Origin: Torpedo marmorata
Lineage: Eukaryota
Direction: 5' to 3'
Assembly: GCA_977017645.1 (NCBI GenBank)
Contig: OZ360232.1
Span: 37,758,001-37,822,000 of the forward strand
DNA length: 64,000 bases
Within the stretch, counting starts at the first letter, position 1, and each line of letters opens with the position of its first letter. Shown here in pieces: positions 58,458 through 64,000 of the stretch. A program made the translations under genes and the position numbers. The notes below the pieces were generated by a model. That model saw only the letters and a program-made list of their open reading frames with translations, ran no database searches and was not told where the DNA came from.

Positions 58458-61400
58458 TATTTCGATTGCAATTACATCTGAAACTATAGCAAGTGGGTGT
58501 TATAAGAAAGAGGCAAACACTGGCAATGGTGTCTATTGTCGTAAAATATAACATAAATAAATAAAATTCAAATGTATACTCACCATCATGAGCGTTATCC
58601 CCGAGAAAACATTCGGACGTTCAAGCTTTTAACCTGAGATACGATACCCATGAAATAAACTGCACTATCATCATTCTGGATGCTGCACAAATTGACCATC
58701 TGAACATCAGGCGTCTTGCAATATGCTGGCTAGGGTTGGATTGGAATTTCCCTGTCCTGGTTTTACTCATTTTAGGCGTGTATTTGGCATATCTGTTGAT
58801 TTCTTTCATGATATTATTAATGCTACGATGCCATTATTTGGGCGCTGATGGGGTTAAAGATAAGTGAAGTTGTTCGAAATTGTCGTCTGTGTAGGATGTG
58901 GTGATTTTAACATGGAAATGAGAGAAGTGGGAATTTGAATTAATGGCACGGAAGTATGTTTGAATTGATGTGCAATACCTTTAAGATTATCAGACAGGAT
59001 ACTTGTTAAAAAACGTCCGCACCTATGTAAAGCAGATAGGACAAATTCTGAGGTTTGTAATCAAAATGGCTATGAGGTCGTAGTGACCGATTAGCACATT
59101 TGTCTATTTAAAACTCAAATTAATATTTCTTTTTATTGGAATATCTCCCGATTGGTCCATATAATTCATTGATATCAATATATTTTCGTTACTGGTGTCA
59201 TTGTCATTGGACACGACTTGGGTTCTGCCTCTTTAAACCGACTTCAGTTATCATTACACTTGTGGTCCAAAAGTGGCATTGCAGGGCTAACTATAAAGTT
59301 TAAGCCAGAATTAGTGCTCTTTGCCACCGACTAGTATTTAATTAATACCAGCAGGAAATAGCTTTTGGGAATCCTCCCATCCTCCATGTGTCAAGCAGGT
59401 CTCATGCCCGAAACGTTGATTAACCTTTAGTCCAATGGATGCTGCGAGGTCTGCTGAGCACTTCAGCACATTTGCATATTGCACGCAACCCCAGGATCTG
59501 CAGAATTTCTCTTTTTAACAACCTCTTCATCATTCTAATGGAATTGTGATCACGCTAATTGGGTTGGCTGCTGCAAACATGGAAGACCTTTTGTGCCCAA
59601 TGGAAGAAACAAATGTCTGAAGACTTCAAAAGGACGCGGGACGGCAGAGTCAACAGTATGATGCGAAGTGTGGTTCAGGTGTGCAGAGAGAAGAAAGGTT
59701 ACAAAGAGCTGCCGAATCGCATATCTGCAGAGAGGTATTCAAGTAATGGATGCATTGTCGATTTTTTCAATGCTCGTCATTATGTAATAATATCTACACA
59801 CGTTTTATTATACAGCTTTGACTTGCGGCTAGATAACCTATTTCCCATACTCTGTTTGAATGCAAATACCATGAGCTACTTCCTAATCCACCTAGAGTTC
59901 ACATTTTAATCTTTTAACAAACTTGTGTTTCATGTCTGTTTCTGACATTGCACCACCAAAGTAAAAGCTAGAGTCCCCGTTTCTTCACCGGTGTTCGTTG
60001 AAGTGAAGCCCTCGCACCTTGTAGCAATAAACATACGTCAATTGACGTCGGTAGTTGCGGAGTCCGAACGACAGGAAGGCAAGGCCAGGAAGAACCACTT
60101 GAACTGTGAAATCTATGGATAGCTCAGCGATGCTGCTGAGTCTACACAAAGCCCAACGGAAGACTGATAAATTGGTGACTACGTCTTTTTGCTTACCCGC
60201 ACTTCATTAGATTTCAGTTCGTTGTTGATGAGGAGAATGTGTTCAGAACGAACACATGGATAAAGCCAGCTCAATAATTGGCACGGTCCCTTTCTACCAA
60301 GTGGGATGAGTGTGAATTTGTAAAATTAGTATTTACTGAGAAAAGTCTTTTATCGCAACAATTCTGCCAATTCACTTTACTCGAATCCTAAATTTTCAAA
60401 TTGTAAGAGAATATCGATTGGGGAAAATAACATTGGACTTGTCCAAAATAACAAGCTTTCGGCAAAATTGATTCGTGAAACGGATCAAATTCAGTAACGG
60501 TCTTGCCCCAGGTAGCAAATCAAATTGTATAATTACAACTATTATTTCAGCTGAAGTGGGTTTTAGTGCACCCCATCAAACGCTTAGCGCAACTGACCTC
60601 AAGTCATAGAAACATACAATTCTACAGCATGGAAACAGGTCCTTCAGTTCAACGTCCTTGCCGACCACGCTTGTACCATTTACCTGAGCTCCACTCATGT
60701 CTTCCAAACCTTTCGTATTGAGGTACATCCTAAATGCACTTTGAATGTAACAATTGTCTCCGTTTGTACCATTTCCCTTGGCCGCTCTTTCCGTGTACCC
60801 ACAGCCCTCCAAGTGAAGAAGGTGGCTCCGGGGCCCCTTTTCAGCTTTTTCCCCTCTCACCTTAAGTCTCTGCCCACTCATTTAGGATTCAGTTACTCTG
60901 TGAAAAAAGGCTCTGATTATGTTCCTAATCACTGCTATCTTTATTTTATAAACCTCTGTGTGCACCACTTTGGTCTCGTTAGGTCCAGAGAGAAAAGTTC
61001 CAGCCTATCGGGCTTCTCCTTGTAATTCAAGCCTATCAGCCCAGGCAACATTCTCGTGAATATTTTCTGCAGCCTTTCCAGCTTAACAATATATTTTCCA
61101 TGCCTGGGTGACCAGATTTGCAAACAATACTCCAAGAGCGGTGATGTACAGTTCTAACATGACGTCGTTGCTCCTGTATTCGATGCCCTGTCGGGCAAAG
61201 GCAAGGGCGCAAAGTCATCTTCACCACTCTGTCTACCTCCGGTGCCAGTTTCATGGAACGATGTACGCATGTCACTTTGTTGTACAGCACTCTCCAGTGT
61301 AGAACATGGAATTAACTCTTGTGAATTGAAAAGGAGAATATTGCAGCAAACCTCAATCACACAATGCATGAGCATGAATGGCAACTTGACCTCTGCAGCC

Positions 61401-62329
61401 ACGATGCGTTATATTTTCAACCTATTGCTACGTTTGGTGGAATTCCTCTGAATGCCGCATGATGGCGCAACGGTTAATGCTGTTGTCCCACAGATCCAGG
61501 GACGACGGTTCGAACCTGACTTTGGCGCAGCACTTGTGGAAATGACACAAAGTCTCCTTGAAACCTTCCTGCAAGTCGTCTGTGTTCCTCTTATATTCCA
61601 GAAATATGAGCTGGTAACTCAAATTGTTATTGTTAAGAACACATTTGTATCAGTTAATGTAAAATAAGTCAAAGGTGAGATGCTGCGCATGTATGTGAAC
61701 GAATCATCTGCAGGGGTACAGGGGAATTAGGCGAGGGGATGTGATTGATGACATTTATCTATGAGAGTCCTCATGGTTCCGATGGTCTACTGCACTGTTT
61801 CAGGTATAAGAAAAGATTGGATCTGCAAAGATTGAAACTTCCTGAGATGTAGCATTATAAGATAGAAGCGAGTATAATTAGAATAGTTTGCTGTTACTAA
61901 TCATCTGGTTTCACATCTTTTCTCTTATTTCGAAATTTCCAAGTTGGACAACTGTAAATATAGCTATATTAGTTGCATTCTAATACATATATGGCTTTCT
62001 TTTGCCATCAGAATGGAGCGTGATGAAACATTATCGCACTTATTGGCCACAGTGTTCGATTGTTTTCCAAATTAAATGAAGTAAATGTGAAAAGTTTGGA
62101 AATTAAAGATGTCAAAAATCCCAATCAGCATTATTTCTGCTGTTTGAAATGACGATGTACAGGAATTTGGGTTATGAGTAACACATGAGAATAGTCTTTT
62201 TCTGTTATCAACCAGTGATCTGATACGTTGGGCAGACTGTTTCTCTTTCACTCTCAATACGATTATCCGACGTTGAGATAGCTGCCGTCCGAAGTCGTTC
62301 GCCTGCCTTATTCCCTTCAATTTAATGAA

Positions 62330-62950
62330 TTATTTTGGACCCATATTGCACCGTGGGTACGTTGGTTGGGAACATAATTTCCTTAATATAGATTGTCCTC
62401 TCATCTGACATTCATGACTTCGGAAGATAGATGTTGGCGAAGTGGTTATCGTAACGCCTTTACAGCGCCAACGATCGGGACCGGACCTGGGTTCGAATCC
62501 CGCGCTGTCTGTAAGGAGTTTGTACGTTTGTGCGTGGGTTTTCTCCGGGGACTCCGGTTTCCTCCCACCTTTCAAAATGTACTGGGGGTGTAGGTCAATG
62601 GGGTGTAAATTAGGCGGCACGAACTCGTAGGGCCGAAATGGCCTGTTATAGTGCTGTATGTCTAATGTTTTTAAAATTAAAATAAATCGAATCATCGATT
62701 TATGTAAGACTCTGTTATCGCCACACAACGTTAATATTTGCGAGGAAAGTTTAGATTTATGAACTGTCGATCTCCTTGGTGAAGAGAAATAGTTGTGTCG
62801 CTATGTACCAACGAGAATTGCAAATGCGGCGATGGGTTCAGTGGTCCTCTTCCTTCGTAGCAAACATATTAGAAACGACGATAAAGACAATAATTAGGCG
62901 TTCAGATTGTGAAGTCAAGGTGAGGAGAATAACATCGAGCTTTCATGTTT
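62330..62950 (+). promoter_or_regulatory. orphan Pcdh-type promoter C (CGCT 62799-62802) with its upstream block retained
   Basis: ttttggacccatattgcac...attgtcctc matches 1172-1240 and 24295-24365; agttgtgtCGCTatgtaccaacgagaat. Confidence 0.7.
62436..62675 (+). mobile_element. V-SINE specific to the gene 6 flank
   Basis: GGTTCGAATCC B box, V-domain, tail gggccgaaatggcctgtt...gtgctgtatgtcta; empty site atgttgg|aaaataaat at ~38080. Confidence 0.85.
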
Positions 62951-63334
62951 TTAAGATGTCAATACTTTGTGGCATATATTTTGCAAATACCAGTTTTCAG
63001 TTTTAGAGATGAAGGATTTGCTCACATCAGCCCCGACGCGCTATCCGCAGCCATCATGGACCAAACGGACTACATCCGTGACGGTAAAATATTCTGAAAT
63101 GCCAAGGAAAACCATCCAAAGCAGAGACGTTAAGATAAGCAATCAAAGCTATTGTTTCGCCAGGATAGAAAACAATATTGAATTAAAATGTTAAAAACGA
63201 AAACAATATATGATCTTAATGCAGCAAACAATCTAAATGCAAAAACGCAGCTAATACCAGGTATGCTGAATCTGCATATCCGTGTGCTTTATAACTGAAT
63301 AAAACATTATCATCGCAGTTCTAACACAATCGTG

Positions 63335-64000
63335 ATGCTCTTTTTAAAAAAATATATTTTATTTAGAATTTTAAATCACAAAATACATAAAATAAAATAT
63401 GAAATTATCAAAATATTTGTGATGCATTTTCACCCCCCCCACCCTCCCCTCCCCAACCCTCCCAACCCCACTAATCTAATAAAAAAATATAAAATAAAAA
63501 TAGAGAAAGAAAAAAAAAAGGAAAAAATAGAATAAGGAGGTTGCCGATCTAAAAAACATATATCTATAAACTAATTCTATTGTGGAGGTCAGGTATGCCA
63601 GTAGATCCGATACTCAGAGATCTTCAAATCCTTAAACCAACAACTTTCATATATGGGCTCCAAATTTTAAGAAAAAATGATATTTGTTACGTAAATTATA
63701 AGTAATTTTTTCAAGTTGTATACACGAACGAAGTTCTGCATGCCATCTTTCTAATCCTAAATCTAAATCAGATTTCCAAGTAATAGTAATACATTTCTTT
63801 GAAACAGCTAAAACAATTCGCGAAAATTCTATTTGATACATGTTTAATTTCATCTTAATATTAAATTTTCTAATATCTCCGAACAAAAATATCATAGGAT
63901 CCATTGGAAATGTAATCTTAAATACTTTATCTAAAATATTTTAAACTTTCAACCAAAAATCATAAACTCTTGGACAAAACCATGTAGAATGTACAAAAGA
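63335..64000 (-). mobile_element. L1-clade 3' end, runs off window
   Basis: Minus ORF MDPMIFLFGDI...ERWHAELRSC; reverse complement of the 26096-26761 family. Confidence 0.88.

Noticed and set aside
62436-62510. tRNA-like sequence with GGTTCGAATCC (also 28740, 38480, 48245)
   Set aside because: SINE heads without a full cloverleaf, fused to V-domain and LINE tail

Overview
Eukaryotic, vertebrate DNA; the repeat families (V-SINE/HE1-like, CR1, Rex1, Penelope, L1) suggest a cartilaginous fish (inference). The window is part of a clustered protocadherin (Pcdh) array on the + strand. It holds four intact large single-exon ORFs (1630-4014, 15384-17780, 31722-34112, 54700-57090), each encoding a signal peptide, 6 cadherin repeats, a TM helix and a short tail ending in a PCDH10-like motif. 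Two pseudogenes lie at ~24769-27752 and 39862-42483. Each gene or pseudogene has its own CGCT-box/CCAAT promoter, and the spacers are mostly decayed retroelements. The system itself is a known type, and I found no new multi-gene system. The notable details are: three extra 'orphan' Pcdh promoters with no exon, a chimeric pseudogene recording an unequal crossover, stop/polyA architecture suggesting no constant exons, hammerhead-ribozyme-like motifs in Penelope ends, and several unusual insertion structures. All alignments were done by eye and TE boundaries are approximate unless a TSD is given.
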